Shown here: positions 16,501-26,033 of the stretch, one piece after another
Layout of the letters: each line of letters opens with the position of its first letter
How positions within the stretch are numbered: position 1 is the stretch's first letter
Assembly: GCA_959022875.1 (NCBI GenBank)
Contig: CAUFAM010000001.1
Span: 1-37,260, forward strand
Origin: an uncultured Oscillospiraceae bacterium
GTDB taxonomy: Bacteria; Bacillota; Clostridia; Oscillospirales; Oscillospiraceae
Reading direction: 5' to 3'
DNA: 37,260 bases
Notes under the pieces: generated by a model
What the model was told of the DNA's origin: nothing
Database searches by the model: none
What the model saw: the letters and a program-made list of their open reading frames with translations, nothing else
Position numbers and translations under genes: made by a program

Positions 16501-19500
16501 GTCGGCCACAGCGTCGCTGTAAGACTTCATGGCCGCGCCGAAGGGGATGATCCCGGCGGCAAAGGCGGCCAGATCATGGCTTCCATTGAAAAACTCCATG
16601 ACTCCGCCCGCCAGGGGAAGGGATTCTTGCAGCCTTGCCAGGGACTGGGCCGCCACTGCCGAGGCGGTGATAGCCCCGGTGTTGATGTCCGCCACGGCGT
16701 CTCCGTAGGACTTCATAGCCGCGCCGAAGGGGACAATACCCGTGGCAAAGGTGCCAAGGTCGTTGCCGCCATCAAAGAAGGTCATCACACCGCCCACATT
16801 GGGCAGATTGGTCTGAAGCTGGGCCAGGGACTGGGCGGCAACCGCAGAAGCCGTGATCGCCTCGGCGTTGATACCGGCCACGGCTTCCCCATAGGATTTC
16901 ATGGCCGCTCCAAAGGGCACAATGCCCTCCGAGAATTTACCGAGATCGTTTCCTCCCGTGAAGAACTCCATGACCCCGCCAACCTGCGGCAAAGCAGCCT
17001 GAAGTTTTGCCAACGACTGGGCGGCGACTCCAGATGCCTCCACGGCATCGGCGTTGATACCGGCCACGGCTTCCCCATAGGACTTCATGGCCGCGCCAAA
17101 GGAGATGACGCCCTCGGAGAATGTTTCAAGGTCGTTCCCGCCGGTGAAAAACTCCATGATGCCGCCCACGTTGGGCAGAGATGCTTGCAGCTCCGCCAGG
17201 GCCTGAGCCGCCACAGCCGAGGCGGAGACCGCGCCGGCGTCAATGCCGGAAACAGCGCCGCCATAGGCTTTCATGGCCAAGCCAAAGGAAAGAACTCCAT
17301 CCGCAAAAGCCCCAAGATCGTTTCCGCCGGTGAAGAATTCCAGCACCCCGCCCACATGGGGAAGAGACGCCTGAAGCGCGGAGAGGGCCTGGGCCGCGGT
17401 AATGGAGGCGGAAACAGCGCCCGCATCCAACCCGGTCACGGAATCGGCATAGGCTTTCATCCCTTCTCCGAAGGGGAGCAGACCGTTTGCGAAGGTCTCC
17501 AAGTCGTTGCCTCCGGTGAAGAAGTCTACCACTCCGCCGATATTGGGAAGGGAGGCTTGCAGCTCTGCCAGCGCCTTTGCCGCAGTGGCGGAAGCGGTCA
17601 CCGCTTCGCCATCCATGCCGGTCACGCTGTCGGAATAAGCCTTCATCGCCTCTCCAAAGGGAACCAACTGATCGCCAAAGGTCTCCAAATCGTTGTCGCC
17701 CGTGAAGAATGCGACCAGACCTCCGGTATTCGGAATGGTATTTGCCAGCTCCACCAGAGTTTTTCCGGCAATGGCCGAATTCGCAACCGCGTCGCTATCC
17801 AAACCGCTGACCGATTTTGAATAATTCTTCATGGAGACGCCAAAGGAGGCAAGCTGCGCTCCGAAGGTCGCCATATCGTTGTCGCCGGCAAAGAATGCGA
17901 CAGCGCCCCCCGTGTTCGGGAGCGTGGCCGCCAGTTCCGCCATGGCCTGCCCGGCGATGGCTGAGTTCTTAACCGCGTCCACATCCAGTCCGGTCACCGC
18001 GTCAGAGTAGGCTTTGATGGCCTCCCCAAAGGGGGCCAGCTGGTCGCCGAACGCGCTCATATCGTTGTCACCGGCAAAGAAAGCCACGGCTCCGCCTGTA
18101 TTGGGCAGGGTAGCCGCCATTTCCGCCATGGCCTTCCCCGCGATGGCGGCATTGTTTACCGCGTCGGCGTCCAGCCCTTTGATGCTTGCGGCAAACCGCA
18201 TCATGGACCCGCCGAAACCAACCAGCTGGTTTCCAAACTCGTCCATGTCATTTTCGCCGGTGAAGAACCCCGCGATGCCGCCGCAGTTCGGCAGGGTCGC
18301 CGCCATTTCGGCCAGTGTCTTTCCGGCAATCGCGGCCGTGCTGACCAAATTGCCGTCAAGGCCGGCAATGCTGTTGGAAAATTTCATCATCGCCTCACCG
18401 AAGGGGACAAGCTCCCCGGCAAAGGCGGACAGGGAAGAACCGCCCGTCAGCCAGGAGGTCAACCCTTCCAGCAGATCAGCGGCAGTAATCAGCAAAATCG
18501 CCTCGGTAAGCGCCTTTACACCATCCAGCATGGCGGCGTCAATGCCACGGGCTCCATCGATAAACGGCTGTACGTTGGTCATGAACGCCGCGAGATCGGC
18601 GCCGATCTGCGGGAACGAGGCGGATATGCCGCCCATAAACCCGCCGACAATACCGCCGATAAATCCGCCAATGGCGTTTCCGATGGTTTGCAGCAGCTTG
18701 CCGCCTTCCCCAATCAGCCAGTCGAGGCCGGGAATCTGCGCCAGGCCTCCAATGGCCGCCAGAACAACGGCAAGCTCCGCCATAACAACGCCCAGGCCAA
18801 GCACGCCCACCATTGCGGAGGGGATCAGCCCGGCCAATGCGCCGAGGGCCACCATAATGCCGCTGAGAAGCCCGATCCCAGCGGCGCCTTTCAGAAGGGC
18901 GTCAGTGTCGATGCTCCCCAGGGCGGATACGATTCCGGAGAAGAAGGACATCAGCAAATTGACCACCGACTGGATCAGTGTCGGCAGATTGCGCGCCAAG
19001 CCGTCGATGACTTCGATCAGGAACTGCATGATAGAATCCACGATCTGCGGCGTATAGGCCGCCAGCGCCGCAAGGACTCCGGCAATCAGCTCCAGAGCCC
19101 CGTTGGCAATCGCGGGCACACACTCCACCAGGACGTCCACCAGGGTGAGCACCAGCGCTTTGACCGCGTTTCCAATCGCCGGGGCGCCATTGGTGATGAC
19201 TCCGGCAAAGGCGATGACCGCCTCGCCCAGCTGTTGGGCAATCGCAGGGATTAGCGCGGCAATACCCGTGATAATGGACGTCAACCCGGCCACAATGATG
19301 GTCACGCCTGCCCCCAGGGAGGTAGCCAGGCCCGTGATGCCGACCGCGATGGCGGTGAGCCCAGTCCCAACCAGAAGAAGCCCCGCCCCAAGGCCGGCAA
19401 TGCCGACGCCAATCAAAGCAAACGCGCCGCCCAGCCCGAGAATGGTGGGGAGCAGCGGCGTGAGAAGCGCGCCGGCCGTCCCAATCACCGTAAAGGCTCC

Positions 19501-22500
19501 GGCAACGGTAATCAGCCCCTTGGCGATGGCCTCCCAGCTCATGCTTCCCAGGGTAAAGAGCACCGGGGTCAAAACCGCCAAAGCGCTTGCGGCTACCAGC
19601 ATAGCGGCGGAACCGGCCAGTGTTCCGTTCATAAAATTCAAACCGACCGCCAGCTCGGCCAGAGCGCCGCCCATGGCAACCAGGCTTTTCGCAATGGCCT
19701 CCCAGCTCATGCCCCCCATTTTTCCGAGGGCCTCCGCCAAGACATTCAGCGCCGCTCCAACTGTGACAAGCCCCGCGCCCGTGGTAATCAAGTTCTTCGG
19801 CATGGCTTTCATGGCGATCGCCACTTCCGCCAAGGCCCCGCCCATGGCCAGCAAGCCCTTCCCGATCTCCGCCAAAAACATGCCGCCGAAGTCCGCCATC
19901 GCAGAAGCAAATATCTTCATGGCCGCGCCGATCTCAATCATGGCAAGACCAGTGGAGATAAGCCCCTGTGCATTTCCAGTCAGTTTTGTGAATGCGGTAA
20001 TCTCCAAAAGGACAGCTCCAACAGAGCTCAGCCCCTTCACCAGCTCGCCCGCATTCATCTGCCCAAAATCCTTGCAGGCGGAGGCAAAGACCTTCATAGC
20101 GCTGGCCAGAACCAGAATCCCGGCCGCAGTAGCCATGGCGCCCTTGTTGACCTTAACCGTGTTCGTGAATAGAGAAACCTCCGCCATCAGAACGCCGACT
20201 CCGGTCAAGCCCTTTGCCACCCCGGCAAAGTCCAGCTGGGCCAGGTCGATACAGGCGGAGGCAAGCATTTTGATTGCGCCGGCAAACACCACCATCTGGG
20301 CGGACCCCTTGATGACGGAGCTGGAACCGCTCCCCAAAACTTTGGCCGCAGCCACCAGCGCGGTCATCAGCCCGGCGATCCCGGCAAGGGCCACGACCAT
20401 CTGCTCCGGCTCGATATCGGAGATTTTCTTCAGGGCGGAGGCCAGCAGAAGAACTGAGGTGGAAACGCCAATCATAGCCGCAGTGCCTTTAACGACACCC
20501 TTGACTTCTCCACTAATACGACTAAAGATGGCCATGGAAGCCATCAATTCCGCAAACAGTACGGTAATGGCGCCCAGAGAAGCGGTCAGCTTGCCGCTGT
20601 CAATCAGAGAAATGGTTACGATCGCGGCCGCCAGCACGGCAATAGCGGAGGCGATTTTCAGAAGGGTTCCAGCCTTCAGCTGGGTCTGATAGGCTTCAAA
20701 GCAGCCCCGCACCCCGTCCAAAATACCCTTTACATTGTCAAGAAGGCCGCCGACATCGTCGAAAGACTTTGTCAGGCTGTTCATGAACTTGGTGATGCCT
20801 ACCGCGATTCCGCCCAGAGAAATGCCGTTGAGTAAATCAATCACTCCGCTGAAATCAGCGTTGCCAATGGCGTCTATCAGCGTGGCGGACAAGCCGCCGA
20901 GCACGCCGATGATTCCGCTGGCAATGGTTTTCACGCCGTTGAACAGGCTCTGAAGCATTTGCAGGAATTTGCTGTTTCCAACGGCGGAATCCATGGTATT
21001 TACCGCATCGTCCACCCCAAATCCCAGGCCGCCGACTGCGTCGATCACCTGGCCGATTCGGGTCTGGATGCGGCCGAGAAGCGCCTGGAACGCCTCGAAG
21101 CCGGGGATGGCAAAGACGTCGCCGAGAAACCCGATAAAGGTTTGGATTCCTGATACAACGAAACCCAGAGCATCCGCGATACCCTGGGCCACTTTACTGA
21201 AGACTTTACCTTTCTTTGCCGCGTCGTTGATGCCGGTCAGAAAATCGCCAATCGCGGCGGTCACCGTAAGAAGACCATCTGCTAGGGACCCTATGCCTCC
21301 AGCCATAGGCATGACCGCGTTGACCACCGCCATAATTGCCTGACGGCCCAAATCCAGCATGGAAAAGAGCCCTTTGAAGGTCCGCTGCAATTTATCCGCT
21401 GTTTCATCCGAAATCGTCAACCGCTCGGAAAAGCTCCGCAGCGTCTCCGTCAGCGCGTAGAGCTGGTCGGAAGTGGCGGGCGGAAAAATATCGCGGAACG
21501 CATCCTTGATCGGGGCGATAACGCTTACCAATCCCTTGGCCGCGTTCCAGACCGACTGGATCAGGTTCTCCCGGCCGGAGGGGCGCAGAATCTTCTCCGT
21601 AAACTCATCCATGGAGACGGAGCCATCCCGAAGACTGTCGGCCAGCGTTTCGATCTGCTCCACCATCTCCGAGGTGTATCCGGCGGCCTTGCGCTCCTCC
21701 TGGGACATGCCGGACATCTTTCCCTGGAGATGATAGACCGCCTCGGACAAGGTTTCAGAGGAGATTACTCCATCCTTCAACCCCTGCTTCAGCGCGTCAG
21801 TAAAGCTGTCCGAATCCGCTACCAGCTGGTCAAAGGCGTCGCCGCTCTCTCTGGCGACTGCTTGGATCGACTCTATAAAACCCGCTTCATCGGCAATTCC
21901 CTGATCCAGCAGCTGTTTCCAGCCGGAACTCAAGCCGCCGCTGAGCAGTTCGTTTCTCGCCTGGGCGGACTCGCCGATGATGCCGCCGATGGTGTTGAAT
22001 ACTTCCGTCAACAGCGCTTTTGCCTCGTCAAAGTCGCCAACCAGAATCTCCCACGTCTCGGTCCATCCCGACTGGGCGCTCTCCTTCAAGGTGTCCCATA
22101 GCTGGGTAAAGGTTTTCACCTTCGTAGCGGCGTCCTCTGCCGTCTGTGCCATCTGGGCAATTTCCTTTGCCTGGGCCTCCGTAAAGCCCTGCTGCATCAG
22201 ATCCGCCTCGGTATATGCGCCGGCAAACTGCTTCAGGGTCTCCGTGAGGACTTCCGTGGTGAGCCACTCGCCCCTGGTAAGGGATTCCCGGAAGGAACCA
22301 TACATATTGATGGCATTCTGGGCTCCGGTGCCCAGCAGCTCGGATGTGCGGACCAGGGCGTCCTGGAACACCTTGCCGCCCATGCCCGCGTTGACCACCG
22401 AGTTCCAGTCCATCAGGGACACTCTGCCTGCGGCCAGCGCCTGGGAGAGCTGATACATGGCTGTGGACGCCTGCTGGGAGGTGGAGCCGGAAATGGCGGC

Positions 22501-23055
22501 CAGGTTCGCGATACCCTTGATGGAGTCAACGGATGTCTGAAGTTTTACACCAGCCGCGGTAAACGTGCCGATGTTCCGGGTCATTTCCGTGAAGTTGTAG
22601 ATCGTCTTGTCCGCGTAGGTGTTCAGCTCATCCAGCGCCCGGTTCACCTGCTGAAGATTGGCCCCTTCGTGCTGGGTGTTCGCCAGCATGGTCTGCACCG
22701 CTCCGATCTGGGTCTCATACTCCTGAAAACCGGTTTTGATGGGGTCGATTGTAAGGGCGGACACAAGCCGTTTTTCCGTGTTCAGGGCTGAATTTGTAAT
22801 GTTGGAAAGGGTCGTCATGGCAACGACTTCAAGCGCCGAGAATTTCGCCCGAACCGTCTCGACGGAGCTGCTAAGGGCGGACATATTGCACTTCTTAGCA
22901 GCGTCGCCCAGGTTTTCAAGTCCCTTGGCAGCACCGTCCAGATCCAAACCCTGCTTGAGTTTGTCGAGTGTCGACAGACTGGTCTGCACATTCCGCTCAA
23001 ACTGTCTGTTGTCAAATCGCATCTCGACGATTCTCTCGTCGATGGTCCTGCTCAT
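13528..23055 (-). CDS. Tail tape measure protein (3175 aa)
   Basis: ATG at 23055 with GGAGG RBS; N-terminal tape-measure domain (LNTYADKTIYNF, MYQLSQALAAG...DWNSVVNAGMGG); Ala/Gly-rich amphipathic repeats; SPSR motifs near the C-terminus. Confidence 0.92.
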   Translation of the reverse strand: MSRTIDERIVEMRFDNRQFERNVQTSLSTLDKLKQGLDLDGAAKGLENLGDAAKKCNMSALSSSVETVRAKFSALEVVAMTTLSNITNSALNTEKRLVSALTIDPIKTGFQEYETQIGAVQTMLANTQHEGANLQQVNRALDELNTYADKTIYNFTEMTRNIGTFTAAGVKLQTSVDSIKGIANLAAISGSTSQQASTAMYQLSQALAAGRVSLMDWNSVVNAGMGGKVFQDALVRTSELLGTGAQNAINMYGSFRESLTRGEWLTTEVLTETLKQFAGAYTEADLMQQGFTEAQAKEIAQMAQTAEDAATKVKTFTQLWDTLKESAQSGWTETWEILVGDFDEAKALLTEVFNTIGGIIGESAQARNELLSGGLSSGWKQLLDQGIADEAGFIESIQAVARESGDAFDQLVADSDSFTDALKQGLKDGVISSETLSEAVYHLQGKMSGMSQEERKAAGYTSEMVEQIETLADSLRDGSVSMDEFTEKILRPSGRENLIQSVWNAAKGLVSVIAPIKDAFRDIFPPATSDQLYALTETLRSFSERLTISDETADKLQRTFKGLFSMLDLGRQAIMAVVNAVMPMAGGIGSLADGLLTVTAAIGDFLTGINDAAKKGKVFSKVAQGIADALGFVVSGIQTFIGFLGDVFAIPGFEAFQALLGRIQTRIGQVIDAVGGLGFGVDDAVNTMDSAVGNSKFLQMLQSLFNGVKTIASGIIGVLGGLSATLIDAIGNADFSGVIDLLNGISLGGIAVGITKFMNSLTKSFDDVGGLLDNVKGILDGVRGCFEAYQTQLKAGTLLKIASAIAVLAAAIVTISLIDSGKLTASLGAITVLFAELMASMAIFSRISGEVKGVVKGTAAMIGVSTSVLLLASALKKISDIEPEQMVVALAGIAGLMTALVAAAKVLGSGSSSVIKGSAQMVVFAGAIKMLASACIDLAQLDFAGVAKGLTGVGVLMAEVSLFTNTVKVNKGAMATAAGILVLASAMKVFASACKDFGQMNAGELVKGLSSVGAVLLEITAFTKLTGNAQGLISTGLAMIEIGAAMKIFASAMADFGGMFLAEIGKGLLAMGGALAEVAIAMKAMPKNLITTGAGLVTVGAALNVLAEALGKMGGMSWEAIAKSLVAMGGALAELAVGLNFMNGTLAGSAAMLVAASALAVLTPVLFTLGSMSWEAIAKGLITVAGAFTVIGTAGALLTPLLPTILGLGGAFALIGVGIAGLGAGLLLVGTGLTAIAVGITGLATSLGAGVTIIVAGLTSIITGIAALIPAIAQQLGEAVIAFAGVITNGAPAIGNAVKALVLTLVDVLVECVPAIANGALELIAGVLAALAAYTPQIVDSIMQFLIEVIDGLARNLPTLIQSVVNLLMSFFSGIVSALGSIDTDALLKGAAGIGLLSGIMVALGALAGLIPSAMVGVLGLGVVMAELAVVLAAIGGLAQIPGLDWLIGEGGKLLQTIGNAIGGFIGGIVGGFMGGISASFPQIGADLAAFMTNVQPFIDGARGIDAAMLDGVKALTEAILLITAADLLEGLTSWLTGGSSLSAFAGELVPFGEAMMKFSNSIAGLDGNLVSTAAIAGKTLAEMAATLPNCGGIAGFFTGENDMDEFGNQLVGFGGSMMRFAASIKGLDADAVNNAAIAGKAMAEMAATLPNTGGAVAFFAGDNDMSAFGDQLAPFGEAIKAYSDAVTGLDVDAVKNSAIAGQAMAELAATLPNTGGAVAFFAGDNDMATFGAQLASFGVSMKNYSKSVSGLDSDAVANSAIAGKTLVELANTIPNTGGLVAFFTGDNDLETFGDQLVPFGEAMKAYSDSVTGMDGEAVTASATAAKALAELQASLPNIGGVVDFFTGGNDLETFANGLLPFGEGMKAYADSVTGLDAGAVSASITAAQALSALQASLPHVGGVLEFFTGGNDLGAFADGVLSFGLAMKAYGGAVSGIDAGAVSASAVAAQALAELQASLPNVGGIMEFFTGGNDLETFSEGVISFGAAMKSYGEAVAGINADAVEASGVAAQSLAKLQAALPQVGGVMEFFTGGNDLGKFSEGIVPFGAAMKSYGEAVAGINAEAITASAVAAQSLAQLQTNLPNVGGVMTFFDGGNDLGTFATGIVPFGAAMKSYGDAVADINTGAITASAVAAQSLARLQESLPLAGGVMEFFNGSHDLAAFAAGIIPFGAAMKSYSDAVADINPTAVESSASAGQALVELANTLPNTGGLLSFFTGGTDLTAFGDDLTAFGADLAAYAEAIKDVKPEAVTASANAASALSNLATGLPDSSLFDQWFGGDQTLASFGADISKFGASMKDYYNEISGIDLGKLSDVITQVWDLIELAEGVNGVNTSGLTKFADSMKKMGDAGISGFTDAFYNCGGTVNSAVVSMLTSVRGSITSNIPVASSVMETLVESMADIVDKKVVVIESAVEGMMRNLAVSILSSSGAVKTAAGTVASAAVSQINSMKPEFETAGENAGQGFVKGIRSKFSASSSAGRSLGLAALNAAKKALDSHSPSREFIYLGENIGEGLAIGVDNSIVPAAQATSDMIGEVIAVSNKGIDAWKDWVDEKTYYDELSLKDQLAGWENLQKQYKAGSEERKQIDREVYQLQNELVASTYQASLDWIEEEKYYNRLSTEEELAAYERMQSRYMEGSEERKKIDREVYTLRNQLVDESYQNSMDWIEKEKNYGRMSLADELAAYKRVQSRYAAGSKEREEMDLKVYQLEQKIYEAQKQYIADVQSVQESANQKRIQLEQEYANKVRSVNEQLERDIQSLNDQYQNAVESRTNSLYQSYGLFDEVTKKETVSSDTLMKNLEGQVQEFGEWQDILGQLSARGVDADLISELQEMGPSAIEEIRALNSMSDDELEKYVSLWSVKHAQAREQATSELEGLRVETQEQIAQLRADAEAELEEYRITWQEELSQLEEDTANQLASLRQEFAENVGLIKKDTEAEMREMTEAATKILKEAGWTETGQQIPAGLAEGVSLSKSAFLDELTSMALAGVEAVKSTLKINSPSRVFRELRNFTGLGFVTGLADYAKKSYAAGANVAEYAADGLSNAMSIAAELLSGDMDAQPTIRPVLDLSDVMRGADELNSLFYPQRTIGLAGQASLAFAESGRSGGTVVNVDNGDIVEELRALRSEMAEMTERMERMRVVLDTGTLVGEMAGPMDNALGQRVTRRGRGN
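14900..15410 (-). repeat. Three tandem 174-nt (58-aa) charged helical repeats in the TMP C-terminal region
   Basis: TAGACCT anchor recurs at 14924, 15098 and 15272; DW...K.Y...S....LA.......Y..GS.ER...D..VY.L. Confidence 0.8.
16100..18480 (-). repeat. About 12 tandem 186-nt (62-aa) repeats in TMP
   Basis: LP(N/H/Q)xGG..FF.G.ND...F......FG..MK.Y...V motif recurs 12 times; first (~18294) and last (~16248) copies are 11 x 186 nt apart. Confidence 0.85.
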
Positions 23056-23429
23056 GACCGTGTGACCTCCTTCCATGCGTAATCTGCGATCTGGTCAAAA
23101 ATAGGCTGGATAGCAGGGTTGATGTAATCTCTTCCCTGTACCCAGCCTCCGGTCCCAGTGCCATGTCCGTATTGCAGGATAATGGCAATGGGAACTCCAT
23201 TTTGAACATTTGAATTGTGAAACGAGATGGTGACGGTGTTGTCCCTGTTGGTAATTTTGTAATACCAGGACGCGGCCGTCTCTCCGGAGTCAACAGGCGT
23301 TGCAGACGCAAGGGCGGCCACGCCTTCCCGGCCAAACTTGTCCAGATCGCCGAGATGAACCGTCTCCTTTGCTCTTTCCAGAAATCGGGTCAGCTTGGAA
23401 AAATCGCCCTTGTGTCTGAAACGAATCAC
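23052..23429 (-). CDS. HK97 gp10-like tail completion protein
   Basis: TPVDSGETAASW...YGHGT..GG.V.G..YI.PA pattern. Confidence 0.65.
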   Translation of the reverse strand: MIRFRHKGDFSKLTRFLERAKETVHLGDLDKFGREGVAALASATPVDSGETAASWYYKITNRDNTVTISFHNSNVQNGVPIAIILQYGHGTGTGGWVQGRDYINPAIQPIFDQIADYAWKEVTRS

Positions 23430-23444
23430 TGCCGTCTCCTCCCA

Positions 23445-23753
23445 TCATTCCGTTTTCTTCGGCCAGTTCTTGAATGCCTCAATCAATTTGTCGTAGCCCA
23501 CCATGGCCGCGTAGGCGGACAGAAGCCCGACCACGACAGCCGCAAATACCAGATACCAGGTAATTGCAATCCCTTTGATTTGTGCATAGGCGGCGCCGGC
23601 GGCCAGTGTCAGCGCCTCCGACACCATAAGCGCAAGGAAATTTGTGGGAATCTTGTCCCAGGTCACAGTCTTAACCACCTGGACAATGATGTTGGTCAGG
23701 ATCGTAACCCCGCCAATAATCATCAGCAGCGTCGAAATGATTTCCGCGTTCAT
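23445..23753 (-). CDS. Putative holin (three TM segments)
   Basis: 102 aa, three hydrophobic segments, basic C-terminus, next to the endolysin; AAGGAGG RBS. Confidence 0.65.
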   Translation of the reverse strand: MNAEIISTLLMIIGGVTILTNIIVQVVKTVTWDKIPTNFLALMVSEALTLAAGAAYAQIKGIAITWYLVFAAVVVGLLSAYAAMVGYDKLIEAFKNWPKKTE

Positions 23754-23764
23754 ACGCTTCCTCC

Positions 23765-24118
23765 TTAAATTGCCGGGCTCTCCACAGAGCCAACCGGTGT
23801 CTGCGAAACATTTACATTGAAATTGGACGCCTTCGCCGTTTCAAAAGTGATTCCGCCCTCCCGGTGGTCGGACTTGCACAGGTTCAGATAGAAACTGCAC
23901 ACCACGCCATGGGCCGTCCAGGGCAGACCGACCATAGCGCCGATCCAGGGCAACGCTCCCATATACCCCTTATAGACACAGTAGAAGGCCAATAAAAAAC
24001 CGCCGATGGTCACGATCCACAACAGCGGACGGATATCGGCGATCATCCATTTTGAAAACTGCGAAAGGTCAGGTTTTCTTCCAGATTTGCCTCTGGTCCG
24101 GCTTCGCCTGCTTTTCAT
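23765..24118 (-). CDS. Membrane protein (holin/antiholin-like)
   Basis: ATG overlaps the endolysin stop (TGATG); strongly basic N-terminus followed by two hydrophobic segments. Confidence 0.55.
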   Translation of the reverse strand: MKSRRSRTRGKSGRKPDLSQFSKWMIADIRPLLWIVTIGGFLLAFYCVYKGYMGALPWIGAMVGLPWTAHGVVCSFYLNLCKSDHREGGITFETAKASNFNVNVSQTPVGSVESPAI

Positions 24119-25473
24119 CACGCAAGCCCCGCCATCTGCGCAAAGCGGTAGAAGAGCTGGGCCGCCTGCTCTCTTGTCAGACCGGACGGCCACATCATGT
24201 TCGGCTTGCCGTCAACCGCGGTGCCGTTCCCGGCAAAGAGCCCCACACTTTCAGCCCAAACCCGGGCCTCTTCCGACCAATCGCCGCAGTTGTTGTTCTG
24301 AAGACCCTTAAGGTAATTCGTCATGGCCGCGCCGAACATCTCATTGAATTTCGCCTGATCCATATCGTCGTCCTCCTCCGGTACGATAGAATAGTCGGGG
24401 CGGCCGTAGCCGCCGATCTTGTTGTATCCCAGGGGGTAGCTCTTATCCCGGACACAGCCGCCGTTTTCCACGACGCCGGCCGCGGAGCTGGTGTTCCCCT
24501 CGATGGTGTAGACCCGCCCGCCAGACACCTTCTCCACGATACCAGTGTGGTAGAACGACTTGCCGCCGTCCTTCGTAAAGAAGATCTGGTCGCCAGGCTG
24601 GGGACCTCCGGTGTAAAACCGTCCCTTCTGCTTATAGTAGTTGGCGGAACCGGTGCACCCTGCCCCCACGCCGTTCTTTGCCTGGCAGAGCAGCTTCAAC
24701 GCCAGCTCCAGACCAAACGTGTGGATGTGGCACCAGTCCACAAAGATGTCGCACCAGGAATAGCCGTTCTTCCTTCCGTTATAAACGACCCCCAGCGCAT
24801 CCAGATCCCTGGCATACTTGTTCCAGTTTTTATCTCCGGCATTGGCCGTCTTATGATCGAGCTGGGCATTGGTTTCTTTCTCGATATAGCCGATCTCGGC
24901 TCTGGCCGTGGCTAGCACGCGCTCCACAGCCGGCAGCATCGTTGTAGAAGACATCGTTTCACCTCTTTCTGCAAATTGGTCGTAATACTTCTGCCCGTAA
25001 GCGGCCCGTCTGGCCTTGGCCGTCTCGCTCTGGTCTGCGGGGCGCTCAAACTGTACCAGCGCGGCGTCGGAGGCCGCCCGGACAGATGCGGCGGTCTTCA
25101 AGATGTTGACCAGAGATGGATAGCTCTCGGTCAGTTCCTTCCAGAGAAAATCCAGCTGCATCTCCAAATCCCCGATGCTCTTGCCGCGGCTCAGGGCAAA
25201 GACGAGCAGCTTTTGCTTCCGGCTCCAGAATGTCCACTGGGCAAGGCCATATCCGGCGCTGTCGTGGACAAAATCCTGATAGATTCTGGCGTCCACCTGG
25301 GCGGTATAGTCCGCGTCGGACAATCCCAGCTTCTTTTCACAGGTGTTCTGGAGATTGTCCGGCTTCAGGCCGCTCTCGGCATAGAGATTCCCCATCAGTC
25401 CAGCCGCTCCGCAATCCGAGAGGCCTTTCTTCTTGAAGAAACTCCAAATCACTGCTTCGGACATGTGCATCAT
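24118..25473 (-). CDS. Endolysin: phage tail lysozyme-like domain + CHAP domain + SLH-like C-terminal domain
   Basis: AAGLMGNLYAESG, GYGLAQWT, FERPA (lysozyme); WCDIFVDWC, PGDQIFF, HTGIV, TIEGN (CHAP Cys/His); W...A..WA...GL..G......LTREQ.A...YR (SLH-like). Confidence 0.85.
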   Translation of the reverse strand: MMHMSEAVIWSFFKKKGLSDCGAAGLMGNLYAESGLKPDNLQNTCEKKLGLSDADYTAQVDARIYQDFVHDSAGYGLAQWTFWSRKQKLLVFALSRGKSIGDLEMQLDFLWKELTESYPSLVNILKTAASVRAASDAALVQFERPADQSETAKARRAAYGQKYYDQFAERGETMSSTTMLPAVERVLATARAEIGYIEKETNAQLDHKTANAGDKNWNKYARDLDALGVVYNGRKNGYSWCDIFVDWCHIHTFGLELALKLLCQAKNGVGAGCTGSANYYKQKGRFYTGGPQPGDQIFFTKDGGKSFYHTGIVEKVSGGRVYTIEGNTSSAAGVVENGGCVRDKSYPLGYNKIGGYGRPDYSIVPEEDDDMDQAKFNEMFGAAMTNYLKGLQNNNCGDWSEEARVWAESVGLFAGNGTAVDGKPNMMWPSGLTREQAAQLFYRFAQMAGLA

Positions 25474-26012
25474 CCTCTCGAATTGGCTCTCTTTCTGCGT
25501 GCCGCGTTCAGCGCACGGTTCTGTGCAAAGATTTCCTTCTGGCTCATTTTCTTTTGAGGGCCGTTCTTTGCGTTGCAGACGTTAATCAGCGTCATAAGCC
25601 GGTTCAAATGCCACTTCTGGCACTCAAAGGGGATCTGGTGGGAGAGCATCCAGTAGTAGATGATCTCCGCCGTGACGACCTCATTGGCCGACCGGCCCTT
25701 CCGGCCTTTGACAAAGGTGGTCGCCGTCATGGAATCGTCGATGTAAGCGTCGACCATTTTCAGCATCTGGGGCGTAATGGCGGTGTAGACATCGGGGTCC
25801 ACGTTCTGGGTCAATGTCATGCACCGGACATAGTCGATCCGCTCCTCCCGCGTCTTCGGCTTTCGGGAAAGGTAAGGCTTATGCCATTTTGATTCCCATT
25901 TTGAAAGGGAGACCAGAGAGTGTTCCAGCCGAAGCACCTGCTTCTTGGTCGTGATAAAACGGTCGTTCGCCTCGTCATACTGCTCGGTCTCCGGTATCAC
26001 AAGTTCCAGCAT
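25470..26012 (-). CDS. Tail assembly protein (second chaperone-like gene)
   Basis: LEHSLVSLSKWESKW.KP and TAE.IYYWM....IP.EC..WHLNRL motifs; follows the tail chaperone. Confidence 0.6.
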   Translation of the reverse strand: MLELVIPETEQYDEANDRFITTKKQVLRLEHSLVSLSKWESKWHKPYLSRKPKTREERIDYVRCMTLTQNVDPDVYTAITPQMLKMVDAYIDDSMTATTFVKGRKGRSANEVVTAEIIYYWMLSHQIPFECQKWHLNRLMTLINVCNAKNGPQKKMSQKEIFAQNRALNAARRKRANSRG

Positions 26013-26033
26013 CTCTGATCTCCCCAGTCAGCC

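Noticed and set aside
16100..18480. Periodic repeats as a CRISPR array
   Set aside because: The period is 186 nt, in frame within the TMP and degenerate at codon third positions; no repeat-spacer structure and no cas genes.
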